From contig CAVYTU010000015.1 of assembly GCA_963771465.1 (NCBI GenBank), positions 1,152,001 to 1,216,000 on the forward strand: a stretch of DNA of 64,000 bases. The letters are read 5' to 3'. Each line of letters starts with the position of its first letter. Position 1 is the stretch's first letter. The notes beneath the pieces were generated by a model. The model did no database searches. It saw nothing but the letters and a program-made list of their open reading frames with translations, and had not been told where the DNA came from. A program made the position numbers and the translations under genes. This stretch comes from an uncultured delta proteobacterium (GTDB taxonomy: Bacteria; Desulfobacterota; Binatia; UBA9968). Below are positions 10,150 through 20,215 of the stretch, in pieces.

Positions 10150-10961
10150 AGCGTTCCACCGCCCTCGCGCTTTTTTCCTGCGCCATCGCGCTCTATTGTC
10201 TGGTGCCGTTTCTCTGGTTCGTTCTGACTTCGTTCAAGACCAGCGCGGAACTGACCGCGATCCCGCCCACCTTGGTGCCCTCGTTTCATTGGAGCTTCTA
10301 TCAGTCGGCATTGCAAAACTATGGACTGCTGCATTACGTCGTCAACAGCACCATCGTCGCCGGCTCGGCCACGCTGCTCACCATCACCGTCGGTTCGCTG
10401 GCGGCCTACGCCATCGCGCGCTTAGATTTAACTTGGACGAATTTTTATCTGCTCTTCCTGCTCGCCATCTCCATGTTTCCGCAGATCGCCATCGCCGGTC
10501 CGGTCTGGACGATCCTCGACCGTCTACAGTGGCTCAACACTTTTCAAGGGCTGGTGGCGGCGTACGTCGCCCTGTCATTGCCGCTGGCGATCTGGATTCT
10601 CACGACGTTTTTCCGTGATGTGCCAAGGGAAATCGAGGAGGCGGCGCTGATCGACGGTTGCAGCCGGCTGCAAGCCCTGTACAAGGTCGTGTTGCCGCTC
10701 GCGGCGCCGGGAATTCTCACCGCCGCGCTGCTCGTCTTCATTCAGGCTTGGAATGAGTTTTTCTTCGCGCTGATTATAATGACCGATCCGGAGGTCCAGA
10801 CTCTGCCGGTCGGCATCGCGCTCTTTCCCGGAGAATACACCATGCCGTGGGGTGAGATCAGCGCTGCGTCCACCATCGCCACGATCCCGTTAATCGTTCT
10901 CACCCTGATTTTTCAACGCGGCATCGTGCGCGGCTTGTCGGCGGGCGCGGTCAAAGGTTAA
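10146..10961 (+). CDS. Sugar ABC transporter permease (MalG-like)
   Basis: 'EIEEAALIDGCSR', 'AWNEFFFAL', C-terminal 'GLSAGAVKG'. Confidence 0.93.
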   Translation: MKRSTALALFSCAIALYCLVPFLWFVLTSFKTSAELTAIPPTLVPSFHWSFYQSALQNYGLLHYVVNSTIVAGSATLLTITVGSLAAYAIARLDLTWTNFYLLFLLAISMFPQIAIAGPVWTILDRLQWLNTFQGLVAAYVALSLPLAIWILTTFFRDVPREIEEAALIDGCSRLQALYKVVLPLAAPGILTAALLVFIQAWNEFFFALIIMTDPEVQTLPVGIALFPGEYTMPWGEISAASTIATIPLIVLTLIFQRGIVRGLSAGAVKG

Positions 10962-10980
10962 ATCCAATGCCGGAGGATTT

Positions 10981-12057
10981 ATCGCTGCACTTTCAGTAAA
11001 ACGACTTTCAAAGCGCTTCGGCGCCGCGGAGGTGTTGCAAAATATTTCTTTCGACGTTGCCGACGGCGAATTTTGCATCCTGCTCGGTCCTTCGGGTTGC
11101 GGCAAATCGACCTTGTTGCGTTTGATCGCTGGTCTCGAAGAGCCCAGCGGCGGCGAAATTTTCATTGGCGCCGAACGGGTCGATGGCTTGGCTCCGCGCG
11201 AGCGCGACGTCGCCTTCGTATTTCAAAACTACGCGCTTTATCCGCACATGACCGTATTTGAAAATCTCGCCTTTTCATTGCGCCTGCGCGGCATGTCGAA
11301 AACTGAAATCGGCCCCAAGGTCAAAGACGCCGCGCGGCTCTTGGAAATCGAAGATCTGTTGGAACGCCGGCCCCAGGCGCTGAGCGGCGGCCAGAGACAG
11401 CGGGTGGCGCTCGGCCGGGCCATCGTACGCCAGCCGAAGATTTTTCTCTTCGATGAGCCGCTCTCGAATCTGGACGCGACTCTGCGTGCCAACATGCGCG
11501 TGGAGTTGGCGCGTTTGCATCACCGGCTGGGCGCCACGATCGTTTACGTGACTCATGACCAGGCGGAAGCTTTGACCCTCGGCGACCAGATCATTGTTCT
11601 CAATCGAGGAACGATCCAACAGACCGGCTCCGCGGCGGCGGTGTACCGCACACCGTCCAATGTCATGGTCGCCGGTTTCGTCGGCAATCCGCAAATGAAT
11701 TTACTCCAAGGCAATGTTGACAGCAGTGGCTCCGTGTTTCAGTGCATGAGCTTGCGCTTGGATCTGACGAGTCTGTTGAACAAATCACTGCGGCAACTAT
11801 CGCAGCGGTCACTGACCATCGGCATCCGCGCCGAAGATTTCGCCATCGCCGACCCGGCGGCGGCGTGGATCGCCGGTGACGTCGAGTTCGTCGAGGACCT
11901 TGGTTCTGACCGCTATCTTCGGGTTAAATGCGACCCAATCGAGCTGGTCGTCCGGGCTGGCAGAGAGCAAAACATTCAGCGGGGTGATCGGATCGGCCTC
12001 AACGTCCGGTTCGATCGAATGCATTTCTTTGCCGACGGCAAACGCTATGAACTCTAA
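10981..12057 (+). CDS. Sugar ABC transporter ATP-binding protein (MalK-like)
   Basis: Walker A 'GPSGCGKST', 'VFQNYALYPH', 'LSGGQRQR', 'FLFDEPLSNLD' and a TOBE tail. The conserved N-terminus 'AALSVKRLSKRFG' lies upstream of the ORF-track start at 11032; the true start is uncertain. Confidence 0.9.
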   Translation: MAALSVKRLSKRFGAAEVLQNISFDVADGEFCILLGPSGCGKSTLLRLIAGLEEPSGGEIFIGAERVDGLAPRERDVAFVFQNYALYPHMTVFENLAFSLRLRGMSKTEIGPKVKDAARLLEIEDLLERRPQALSGGQRQRVALGRAIVRQPKIFLFDEPLSNLDATLRANMRVELARLHHRLGATIVYVTHDQAEALTLGDQIIVLNRGTIQQTGSAAAVYRTPSNVMVAGFVGNPQMNLLQGNVDSSGSVFQCMSLRLDLTSLLNKSLRQLSQRSLTIGIRAEDFAIADPAAAWIAGDVEFVEDLGSDRYLRVKCDPIELVVRAGREQNIQRGDRIGLNVRFDRMHFFADGKRYEL

Positions 12058-12171
12058 CGAGTCTGTCAAAGCAATTCGCCGCAACGCACCCACAAACCCA
12101 ACCGTCGCATTTGAGTTTTTGCCGCAATCGTATTAACACCGGGCAAATGAGTGATCACGGAGGGCTGCGAA

Positions 12172-12879
12172 ATGAAAATTATCAATCGAGACCTTTCATC
12201 GGACAAGGACGGCATCCCCGGCTATCTCGCTCATCCCGATCGCAAAGAACCCGGCCCCGGAGTGATGATCGTGCATCACCACTACGGCGTCACGGGTAAT
12301 ATGAAAGTTAAAGTCTGCGACTACGCCAAGCTCGGCTACACTACCGTCGTACCTGATCTGTATAAAATGCTCGGCGCGGCCGACGGCGTGCACGAAGCTC
12401 AGAAGAGCACGACCGACGGACAGTTCGTCGAAATCCTCACTCAATCCTGGCGCTATCTGACTTCGAGACCGGAAGTGGACGCCAAACGCTGCGCCGTCGT
12501 CGGTTACTGCATGGGCGGGCGCATTGGCATTCACTTCGTCGCCGCGACGCCAAGTGTGCGCGCTTTCGTTGGCTACTATCCGTCAGTGCGCGACGAAGAG
12601 CCGAACAAGTTGCGGCCGCGCCATCCCAACGACGCCGTCAAAGACTTCAAGTGTGCGTCGCAAATATTCCTCGGCGGCAACGACCACGTCGCCAGCATTC
12701 CGGTGCAGCAAAAGTTAATGGCGAGTTTCCAGGCCAACGGCCAACCACTCGATTGGCACTTTTTCCAGCGCGCCGGCCACGGTTTCGCCATGGCCGACGG
12801 CGAATGCTACGATCCGGGCTTGGCGGAACACGCGTGGACGCTGGTGGCGGATTTCCTAGGTAGAGAGTTGGGGGAATAG
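12172..12879 (+). CDS. Dienelactone hydrolase family protein
   Basis: Nucleophile elbow 'GYCMGG', 'GGNDH', 'AGHGF'; GGAGG RBS before the ATG at 12172. Confidence 0.88.
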   Translation: MKIINRDLSSDKDGIPGYLAHPDRKEPGPGVMIVHHHYGVTGNMKVKVCDYAKLGYTTVVPDLYKMLGAADGVHEAQKSTTDGQFVEILTQSWRYLTSRPEVDAKRCAVVGYCMGGRIGIHFVAATPSVRAFVGYYPSVRDEEPNKLRPRHPNDAVKDFKCASQIFLGGNDHVASIPVQQKLMASFQANGQPLDWHFFQRAGHGFAMADGECYDPGLAEHAWTLVADFLGRELGE

Positions 12880-12896
12880 TTAGTGAAGGATACGGA

Positions 12897-13367
12897 TTAG
12901 GAAATCTCAAAAAGAAAGTTTGCTGCATCGCCGCGCTCGCGCCAGCCGGCTTTGAGATAAAACTGCCGCTGATAAGATTCGCGGTTACGCAGGTTAATCA
13001 GGGATAGCCGTTGACAGCCGCGTGCCCGCGCATCGGTCTCGATGACTCTGAGCAGCTGGCGGCCAACTCCTTAACCTCGCAAGTTATCACGCACGAATAA
13101 TTCGGAAACATATCCTTCCGGCCCCGACATGAAAATATACGGTAGCCAGTGCACCGAACCGTATCCAGCGATTTCGCCATGCGGCCATTCGGCGACGTAG
13201 ACAGAGTGACTATCGTCCGAGAGACATTGTCGGAGCTGGCTTTCAACTCGCGTGACCGAGTCCTTGAACGGCCGAGTCCTGAACAACTCGAACCATCCTA
13301 TTCCTCGCAGCAAATCTGCCAGCCGAGGCGCATCGTCGATCACGGCCTTTCTAATCAACGTCTCCAT
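12897..13367 (-). pseudogene. GNAT acetyltransferase interrupted by an in-frame TAA
   Basis: Reads 'SELFVRDNLRG*GVGRQLLRVIETDARARGCQRLSLINLRNRESYQRQFYLKAGWRERGDAANFLFEIS*'. The stop at 13071-13073 sits inside the acetyl-CoA motif R-G-x-G-x-G and the frame is preserved on both sides. Confidence 0.75.
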
Positions 13368-13466
13368 AGCATCGCTCCGTTCTGATGCATCGTTACATGC
13401 GCTAATCGTAACTTTTCAGCTAGCACGCTCCTTGATCCACGGCAAATCGATCTGGTTAGCACGACC

Positions 13467-14646
13467 TCACACCGCCTGACCTCCCGCCCAGCCCGACGAC
13501 CACGCCCATTGAAAGTTAAAGCCGCCGAGATGGCCGGTGACGTCGACGACTTCGCCGACGAAATAAAGACCGGGAACGATTTTCGACTGCATCGTCGTCG
13601 ATGACAGTTCATCGGTATCGACACCGCCCGCAGTCACCTCGGCTGTGCGATATCCTTCCGTGCCCTCTGGACGGAAGCGCCAGTTCTGCAACCGCTCGCA
13701 GATCGCGCGACAAATCGCGCGGCGAATATTGGCGCAGCGGCTGGCTGCCCAGTTCGACTGCGCATAAGCGCTGCGCCAGTCGCTTCGGCAGGAACTCGCC
13801 GAGTACCGTTTTCAATTCGGCATCCGAACGCGACGATTGGCGCTTTCTTAGCCAAGTATCAGCGTCGGTCAAGGGCAAGAAATTAACCAAAAGTTCATCA
13901 CCCGCCTTCCAGTATGACGATATCTGCAAAATCGCCGGCCCGCTGATGCCGCGATGGGTAAACAGCATCGCATTGGCAAAGCTCTGACCGCCACACTCGA
14001 CTTGAACCGGCAAGCTGACGCCCGACAAATCTTTGTACCGAACCAAATCGTCTGGACTGAATGTAAACGGCACCAGCCCGGCGCGCGTCGGTACAACCCG
14101 ATGGCCAAATTTCCTGGCAAGCTCGTAACCCAAGCTCGTGGCGCCCATCTTCGGCACCGACAACCCGCCACAGGCGATCACCAGTGATGACGCTTCGATC
14201 GTGCCGCGGTTGGTTTTCAACACAAACCGATTGGCGCCACGCTCCACTCCGTTCACGCTGCATTCAGTCGTAATCCGCACACCCGCAAGACGACATTCAT
14301 CGCTTAGCAACTTAACGATCAATTTCGCCGACTGATCGCAAAATAATTGGCCAAGTTCTTTCTCGTGATAGGCGATGCCATGGCGTTCGACCAAGGAAAT
14401 AAAATCCCACTGCGTGTAGCGCGCCAACGCGGACTTGCAGAAATGCGGATTAGCCGAGAGAAAATTTTCCGGGGTAATGTTGAGGTTGGTAAAGTTGCAG
14501 CGGCCGCCGCCGGAGATGAGAATTTTCTTGCCGATCCGGTCGCAGTGTTCGAGCACGACAACGCGCCGCCCGCGTTTACCTGCCTCTATGGCGCACATCA
14601 AACCCGCGGCGCCGCCGCCGATGACGACAACGTCGAATGGAATCAT
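13467..14646 (-). CDS. HI0933/YhiN (BaiN-like) flavoprotein; +1 frameshift near 13705
   Basis: 'IGGGAAGLMCA', 'KILISGGGRCNFTN', 'LFTHRGISGPAIL'. C-terminal 'AEVTAGGV...GEVVDVTGHLGGFNFQWAWSSG' lies in the adjacent frame. Confidence 0.88.
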
Positions 14647-14770
14647 TAACGCGGCGCTAAGCAGTCAGATTCTCACAATTCGCGAACGGATAAACCAAGC
14701 GGCAATATCCGAACGCCGGCGCCAGCATGCAGTCAGCCATTACGTTCGCCATAAGTCTGCCAGCGCGCAG

Positions 14771-15946
14771 TCAAATAATCCCCTTCTCCTTAAACTCGGC
14801 GATCTTTGTCTCGTCGTAGCCGAGCGCTTTGAGAAACTCGCCGTTGTTCTCGCCGAGCTCGGGTGGCGGAGAAGGGAACGGCGACGGCGTCTCGCTATGC
14901 GTCAGCGGGAATTTCACGGTGCGGATCGTCGGCTTATCTTTGCGTTCGATGGCGATCTGCATGCCCATGTGCTTGACCTGCGGGTCGTCGAAGACTTCTT
15001 TCAAGTTGTACACCGGAGTGTGCGGCACGTCGTTGGCTTCGAGCTGATCGATCCAGTGCGAGCGCGGCTGTTCTTTGAAAAATACCGCGAAAGTTTTATT
15101 GAGTTCGTCGTAGTTGCTGCGCCGGTCCGGCCGCGACTTGAAGCGCGGATCTTCGATCAGCTCGGGATGACCGACCGATTTGCAAAGCCCTTCCCAAAAT
15201 TTTTGCGGCGATGACAAATGGATCGCCAACATCGCGCCGTCGGCGCAGGCAAACGCATAGGTCTGCGACTGGCGCGGCCGGGTGTACGGACCGGGGACGC
15301 GTCCATGCGCCAGCGTTTCAGTCGCCGGCGCGTTCAAAAACGCGAGAATCGAACCGACCATGGTCGCATCGATCTGCTGCCCTTTGCCGGTCTGATTACG
15401 CGCCATCAGCGCGCCTAAAACTCCCAACGCCGAAAACATTCCGCTCAAGCAATCGGCGTAGGCCGGGCCGACCGGCTTGGGATTTTTTGGGTCCATCAAG
15501 ACGCTCATCATGCCGCCCATACCTTGGCCGACGGTGTCGTAGGCAGGCCGTTTGACGTATGGACCCGTCGGGCCGGTGCCGGTGATGGAGCAACAAACAA
15601 CTCGCTCGTTGATTTTCTTGAGCGCGTCGAAATCGATGCCTAGTTTTTTGGTCACGCCGGGCCGATAGTTATCCATCACCACGTCGGCTTCTTTGACCAT
15701 GCCGTAAAAAATTTCCTTGCCTTCCGGCGTCTGCAAGTTGAGCGTCACGCTTTTCTTGCCGCGATTGTAAGCCCAAAAGTTCGGCTGATCGCCGCCGAAA
15801 TCCCAGCCGCGAAAAGGATCGCCACCCTTGGGATTTTCTACTTTGATCACTTCCGCGCCCATATCGGCCAGCAACATCGCGCCGTAGGGCCCGGAAATAA
15901 AATTGCCCAACTCCAAAACTCTGATGCCATTCAAACAACCACTCAT
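14771..15946 (-). CDS. Class III CoA-transferase (CaiB/BaiF)
   Basis: 'ISGPYGAMLLADMGAEVIKVE', 'NRGKKS', 'NYRPG', 'AYDTVGQ' and the catalytic Asp in 'YADCLSG'. Confidence 0.93.
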   Translation of the reverse strand: MSGCLNGIRVLELGNFISGPYGAMLLADMGAEVIKVENPKGGDPFRGWDFGGDQPNFWAYNRGKKSVTLNLQTPEGKEIFYGMVKEADVVMDNYRPGVTKKLGIDFDALKKINERVVCCSITGTGPTGPYVKRPAYDTVGQGMGGMMSVLMDPKNPKPVGPAYADCLSGMFSALGVLGALMARNQTGKGQQIDATMVGSILAFLNAPATETLAHGRVPGPYTRPRQSQTYAFACADGAMLAIHLSSPQKFWEGLCKSVGHPELIEDPRFKSRPDRRSNYDELNKTFAVFFKEQPRSHWIDQLEANDVPHTPVYNLKEVFDDPQVKHMGMQIAIERKDKPTIRTVKFPLTHSETPSPFPSPPPELGENNGEFLKALGYDETKIAEFKEKGII

Positions 15947-16053
15947 GCTCTTGTCTCCTTAATTCTTATCTTGCTATCGTCCGCTGCCTATTGCCTGAAG
16001 CCTTGCTAATCAGATATTGAACTTTCATATCCCCCATTTCACAGGAGAACAAG

Positions 16054-17418
16054 ATGGCCACACCACCACCGGTTACCGACACACTGGCGCGCTTCGTCAC
16101 GGACACCGATTTTTCGTCGATCTCCGAAAAAACCCGCGCCAACGCCAAGATGCATATCCTCGACACGCTCGGCGTTGCCCTGGCCGGCTCCAAGACCGCC
16201 GTCGCGGACATCGCCGTCGATTATTGCAAGAAACTCGGCGCGTCGAGCGAAGCATCGATCTGGGGCACGCAAGCGAAAGCGTCGGTCTCCACCGCGGCAT
16301 TTGCCAATGGCCTGTTATCTCACGCGCTTGACTACGACGACTGGGACGCGTTCATCCATGTCGGTCATCCGTCAAGCATGCTGGTCGGCGCGGCGCTGCC
16401 GCTGGCGGAAAATCTCGGCGCCTCCGGCAAAGAGTTGCTCAAAGCCTACGTGCTCGCCATGGAAGTCATCTGCAAACTCGCCGCGCACTCGCCCAACATG
16501 CAGGACCGCGGCTTTCACAGCACGCCGGTGTTCGGCAGCCTCGGCGCCGCCGTTGCGTGCGGCAGCTTGTTGAAACTCGATGCGGCCAGGCTCAAAGCCG
16601 CTATCGGCGTCGCCGCCTCAGGCGCCGGCGGCATTCACCGCCAGCAGGGCTCGATGGTCAAACCGTTTCACGCCGGCAACTCGGCGCGCAACGGCGCCGA
16701 AGCCGCGCTGCTCGCCAGTAACGGCTTCACCGCCGACACCGCCATCTTCGAAGCGCCGCGCGGTTTTTGCGACACCTTTTTCGGCAAGGATACCTGCGAC
16801 TACGACAAGATGATCGAGAACCTCGGCCAGCCGTTTTATTTAGAAACCCCGGGAATGGGATTGAAATGGCACCCATGCAGCGCGCCGCAGTTCCTCGCCG
16901 CCGACGCCGCGCTGCATTTGAAGCATGAGCACAAGATAGACTTTGCCGATGTCGAGAAAATAGAGGTCAGCATCCCGCCGCTGCGCTACCAGCGCCATTA
17001 CGCAGCCGAAGTCAAAACCGGCCTGCGCGGCAAGTTCACCATCAACTTCGTCGTCGCCATGGGCCTTCTCGACGGCAAACTGGAGATCGCGACGTTTACC
17101 GATGACTACGTCAATCAACCGCGAGTCCAAGACGCGTTTAGCAAAGTCAAAGTCATCGTCGACGAGTCGATCCCCGAACCCGGCCCGTATTGTCCCGTCA
17201 GCGTCGAGCTAAAAGACGGCACCCGCCACAGCTACACGGCCAAAATCGCCAAAGGCGACCCGCGCAATCCGATGACCGAAGCCGAAGTGATGGGAAAATT
17301 TCGCGGCAACGCGCGTCAGGCGATTTCAGAGAAGCAGACTGAAGCGGTAATCGACGCAGTGAACCGCCTCGAATCGGTGGACAACGTAAAAACCATCGTC
17401 GACCTGCTCAAAGCATAA
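16054..17418 (+). CDS. MmgE/PrpD family protein
   Basis: 'ILDTLGVALAG', 'SHALDYDD', 'HPS', 'RGFHST', 'KPFHAG', 'KWHPC', 'KGDPRNP'. Confidence 0.92.
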   Translation: MATPPPVTDTLARFVTDTDFSSISEKTRANAKMHILDTLGVALAGSKTAVADIAVDYCKKLGASSEASIWGTQAKASVSTAAFANGLLSHALDYDDWDAFIHVGHPSSMLVGAALPLAENLGASGKELLKAYVLAMEVICKLAAHSPNMQDRGFHSTPVFGSLGAAVACGSLLKLDAARLKAAIGVAASGAGGIHRQQGSMVKPFHAGNSARNGAEAALLASNGFTADTAIFEAPRGFCDTFFGKDTCDYDKMIENLGQPFYLETPGMGLKWHPCSAPQFLAADAALHLKHEHKIDFADVEKIEVSIPPLRYQRHYAAEVKTGLRGKFTINFVVAMGLLDGKLEIATFTDDYVNQPRVQDAFSKVKVIVDESIPEPGPYCPVSVELKDGTRHSYTAKIAKGDPRNPMTEAEVMGKFRGNARQAISEKQTEAVIDAVNRLESVDNVKTIVDLLKA

Positions 17419-17491
17419 AAACCGGAGTGTGAACACTGCTGTCTGCGCACTTTCCTGAGGGCTGGCTAGAAACACCCTCTCGCCGGTTTCT

Positions 17492-17560
17492 TTTTTGTAC
17501 TCTTTGCGCTCTTTGCGGATAAATTTCCGCACATCTTCGGTTGCGGCTTAGCCGCGCCGG
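17492..17560. repeat. 9-mer (TCTTTGCGC-type) tandem units plus a GGTTGCGGC-tta-GCCGC palindrome (REP-like)
   Basis: 'ttttgtac tctttgcgc tctttgcgg' followed by the hairpin gcggc-tta-gccgc, in the intergenic gap. Confidence 0.5.
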
Positions 17561-17647
17561 TCTTGCCTGCTGTATAAACCCTGCGGTGGAAAACCTTTTT
17601 CGATTGCGATAAGTGAAAAGCTGCTCTTAGAAACGGCATTAGTTCAA

Positions 17648-18829
17648 ATGATCTCCGGCGCTCTTGAAGGAATCACTTGTATCGACGTCAGCGGCCACGT
17701 GGCCGGGCCTTACGCCAGCAGTTTGCTCGGCGATCTCGGCTGCGAGGTGATAAAAATCGAATTGCCCAACGGCGGCGACACGCACCGCGGCAGAAATCCC
17801 AAATATGAAGGCTACGGCCCGAGCTTTCGCGCGCTCAATCGCAACAAAAAAAGCGTCACGCTCAACCTGCGCGAGAAAAAGGCTCGCGAGATATTGCTGA
17901 AGCTGTTGGCCGGCGCCGACATCTTTCTAGAAAATTTTCGGCCGCCGACGCGCGAACAACTGGGCCTCGATTACGATGATCTGGCGAAGGTGAATACGAA
18001 ACTAATCCACTGTTCAATTTCCGGCTACGGCCAGAGCGGGCCATATCGCGACAAGCCCGGCTTCGACACCATCGGCCAGGCGTTGAGCGGCATGATGAGT
18101 CTGGTGACCGACCTCGACGATCCGAAAGTCGCCGGCATTTCGTTCGTCGATCACACGGCGGGCATCTTCGCCGCCCACGGCATCATGGCCGCGCTGATCG
18201 CGCGCGGCAAAACCGGACTGGGCCAGTTCATCGACGTGTCGCTACTCCAAGTCGCCATCGCCTTCATCGAGTCCCATGTGTCTGACTTTTTAAACGGCGG
18301 TGAAGCGGTGTCGCGGGAAAATTTTCCCAAAGGGAGAATTTACAGCCTGCTCGATTGTGATAAGAAACCATTCATGGTGCATCTGTCGGGACACAACGAA
18401 GCCTGGGAAGGATTGCTCAAAGCCGGCGAGCTCGAGGGTTTGATCGGCGATCCGCGCTTCGCCACGCGCAAACAACGCAGCGACCGGCATGCGGAAATCG
18501 TCAAGCTCCTGCGCGACGCATACGCCAAAAAACCGCGGCAATACTGGCTGCCGCGGCTGGACGCCAACGACATCCCCAACGCGCCGATCAACACGATCCA
18601 CGAAGTGTTCGACAACCCGCAGATCAAGCATTTGGGCATTCCCCAACCGATCGAGCATCCGAAGATGGGAATCAGCAACTTGGTCGGCAGCCCGATCAAC
18701 ATGTCCGGCACGCCGCCAAAGTTTTTTCGCGCCGCGCCGCTGCTCGGCGAGAATACTCAAGAAGTATTGGCGAAATTGGGTTACGACGAAGCTGCGGTGA
18801 TGGAATTGAGAACAAACGGAGTGATATGA
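17648..18829 (+). CDS. Class III CoA-transferase (CaiB/BaiF)
   Basis: 'VAGPYASSLLGDLGCEVIKIE', 'NRNKKS', 'ENFRP', 'GFDTIGQALSG', 'FVDHTAG'. Confidence 0.93.
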   Translation: MISGALEGITCIDVSGHVAGPYASSLLGDLGCEVIKIELPNGGDTHRGRNPKYEGYGPSFRALNRNKKSVTLNLREKKAREILLKLLAGADIFLENFRPPTREQLGLDYDDLAKVNTKLIHCSISGYGQSGPYRDKPGFDTIGQALSGMMSLVTDLDDPKVAGISFVDHTAGIFAAHGIMAALIARGKTGLGQFIDVSLLQVAIAFIESHVSDFLNGGEAVSRENFPKGRIYSLLDCDKKPFMVHLSGHNEAWEGLLKAGELEGLIGDPRFATRKQRSDRHAEIVKLLRDAYAKKPRQYWLPRLDANDIPNAPINTIHEVFDNPQIKHLGIPQPIEHPKMGISNLVGSPINMSGTPPKFFRAAPLLGENTQEVLAKLGYDEAAVMELRTNGVI

Positions 18830-18832
18830 AAT

Positions 18833-18885
18833 GAGTTTCGAGTTTCGCGTTCGCAATCCGAAGCTCGAAACCCGAGACCGGGAAC
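18833..18885. repeat. Heptamer (GAGTTTC/GAAACYC) inverted tandem repeat
   Basis: gagtttc-gagtttc-gcgttc ... gaagctc-gaaaccc-gagaccg between the CoA-transferase and ACAD genes. Confidence 0.6.
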
Positions 18886-18903
18886 GATTGAAAGGAGTCA
18901 GCA

Positions 18904-20118
18904 ATGGATTTTACCGTTAGTGCAGATCCACCCAGTGTAGTGGAGTTTAGAAAAGAGGTCGCCGCCTGGCTGGCCGCAGAGTTCAAAGGCCATGAGCACC
19001 TGCGCTGGTCGGCCTCCTGGTCGACGCGTGAAGATGCGGATGAATATAAATTCCGCCGCGGTCTGGCCGAAAAACTGGGCGTCAAGGGCTGGCTGTTTCC
19101 GTTGTATGAAAAAAAATACGGCGGCGCCGAATTGACGGTCGACCACCAAGTGGTGCTCGAAACCGAACTGTTCAAGTACGGTCTCAATCTCTCGCACACG
19201 TTTTACACTCTGGCACGCATCGTCGCGCCGGTGTTGATTCGCTGGGGCACCGAAGAGCAAAAAGCAGAATTTCTGCCGGCGATCACGCGCGCGCAAATCT
19301 GCGTCTGGCAGGTGCTCACCGAACCGCACGGCGGCAGCGATATTGCGAATTGTCAGACCAAAGCGATTCGCGACGGCGACGATTACGTCGTCAACGGCCA
19401 AAAGGTCATGGTCGGCCACCATCTGCCGCCGGATTTTCTCTGGACGCTGGTCTGTACCAATCCGCAAGGCAAACGCCACGAGAACCTCGCCTGGCTGCAT
19501 ATCCCCGCGAAACTGCCGGGCGTCACGATTCAACATATGAACATGATGATGGGCATCAAGAACGCGGTGTTCTTCGACAACGTGCGCGTCCCGGCGAAAT
19601 ATTTAATCGGCGGCGAGAACAACGGTTGGAAAGTCGCCAGCACCCACATGGAACTCGAACACGGCGGCGACGGAAGAATCGCCGCTGATCCGCTGTTCGA
19701 ACGGGTGGCCGAGTATTGCCTCAACAACCACATCGACGGCAAGCCGATCATGGCAGATCCGCGCGTGCGCGATCTGCTCGCCGACATGTTGATCGAATTG
19801 AACACCCTGCGCCGTTTCAACCAATTGATCTACTGGCGCCGCTTCGCTAAAAAGCCGCATCCCTACGGCGGCCCGCAGCAGCGTTACTATCAACGCATGT
19901 TGCGCTTGCGCAACGGCGAACGGTTACAGGCGATCATGGGCGCCGACGCCTTGGAGCAAAACTTGTCGGTGCACGAAGTGGTCGATTTCGAATACGCCGT
20001 GCGTACCGGTCCGGGCCAGCTACACGGCGGCGGCACCCTCGACACCGACCGGTTAATTTTCGCCCGTCGTCTCGGCCTCGGCCGTCCCAGCAAAGAGACC
20101 GCGCCGGAGACGCATTAA
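18904..20118 (+). CDS. Acyl-CoA dehydrogenase family protein (FadE29/ChsE2-like subunit)
   Basis: 'WQVLTEPHGGSD', 'YVVNGQK', 'VFFDNVRVP..LIGGENNGWKVA', 'LEH', C-terminal 'GGGT..IFARRLGL'. Confidence 0.85.
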   Translation: MDFTVSADPPSVVEFRKEVAAWLAAEFKGHEHLRWSASWSTREDADEYKFRRGLAEKLGVKGWLFPLYEKKYGGAELTVDHQVVLETELFKYGLNLSHTFYTLARIVAPVLIRWGTEEQKAEFLPAITRAQICVWQVLTEPHGGSDIANCQTKAIRDGDDYVVNGQKVMVGHHLPPDFLWTLVCTNPQGKRHENLAWLHIPAKLPGVTIQHMNMMMGIKNAVFFDNVRVPAKYLIGGENNGWKVASTHMELEHGGDGRIAADPLFERVAEYCLNNHIDGKPIMADPRVRDLLADMLIELNTLRRFNQLIYWRRFAKKPHPYGGPQQRYYQRMLRLRNGERLQAIMGADALEQNLSVHEVVDFEYAVRTGPGQLHGGGTLDTDRLIFARRLGLGRPSKETAPETH

Positions 20119-20136
20119 TAGAAGTGACTCGATGCC

Positions 20137-20198
20137 TTAACGTTTTGAACGGCTTGAACGATTTGAACATTTTGAACGAAATGTTGCTGCACGTTCAA
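20137..20198. repeat. 9-mer (TTGAACGnn) tandem repeat with one inverted unit
   Basis: ttaacgttt-tgaacggct-tgaacgatt-tgaacattt-tgaacg ... cgttcaa between the two ACAD genes. A weaker related run lies at ~1122-1150. Confidence 0.65.
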
Positions 20199-20215
20199 GC
20201 TGTAGGAGAATTGAG

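Noticed and set aside
14435-15214. 259-aa plus-strand ORF and similar long antisense ORFs (for example 39925-40680, 42642-43391, 62716-63450)
   Set aside because: Shadow frames of well-supported opposite-strand genes in GC-rich DNA, with no recognisable motifs.
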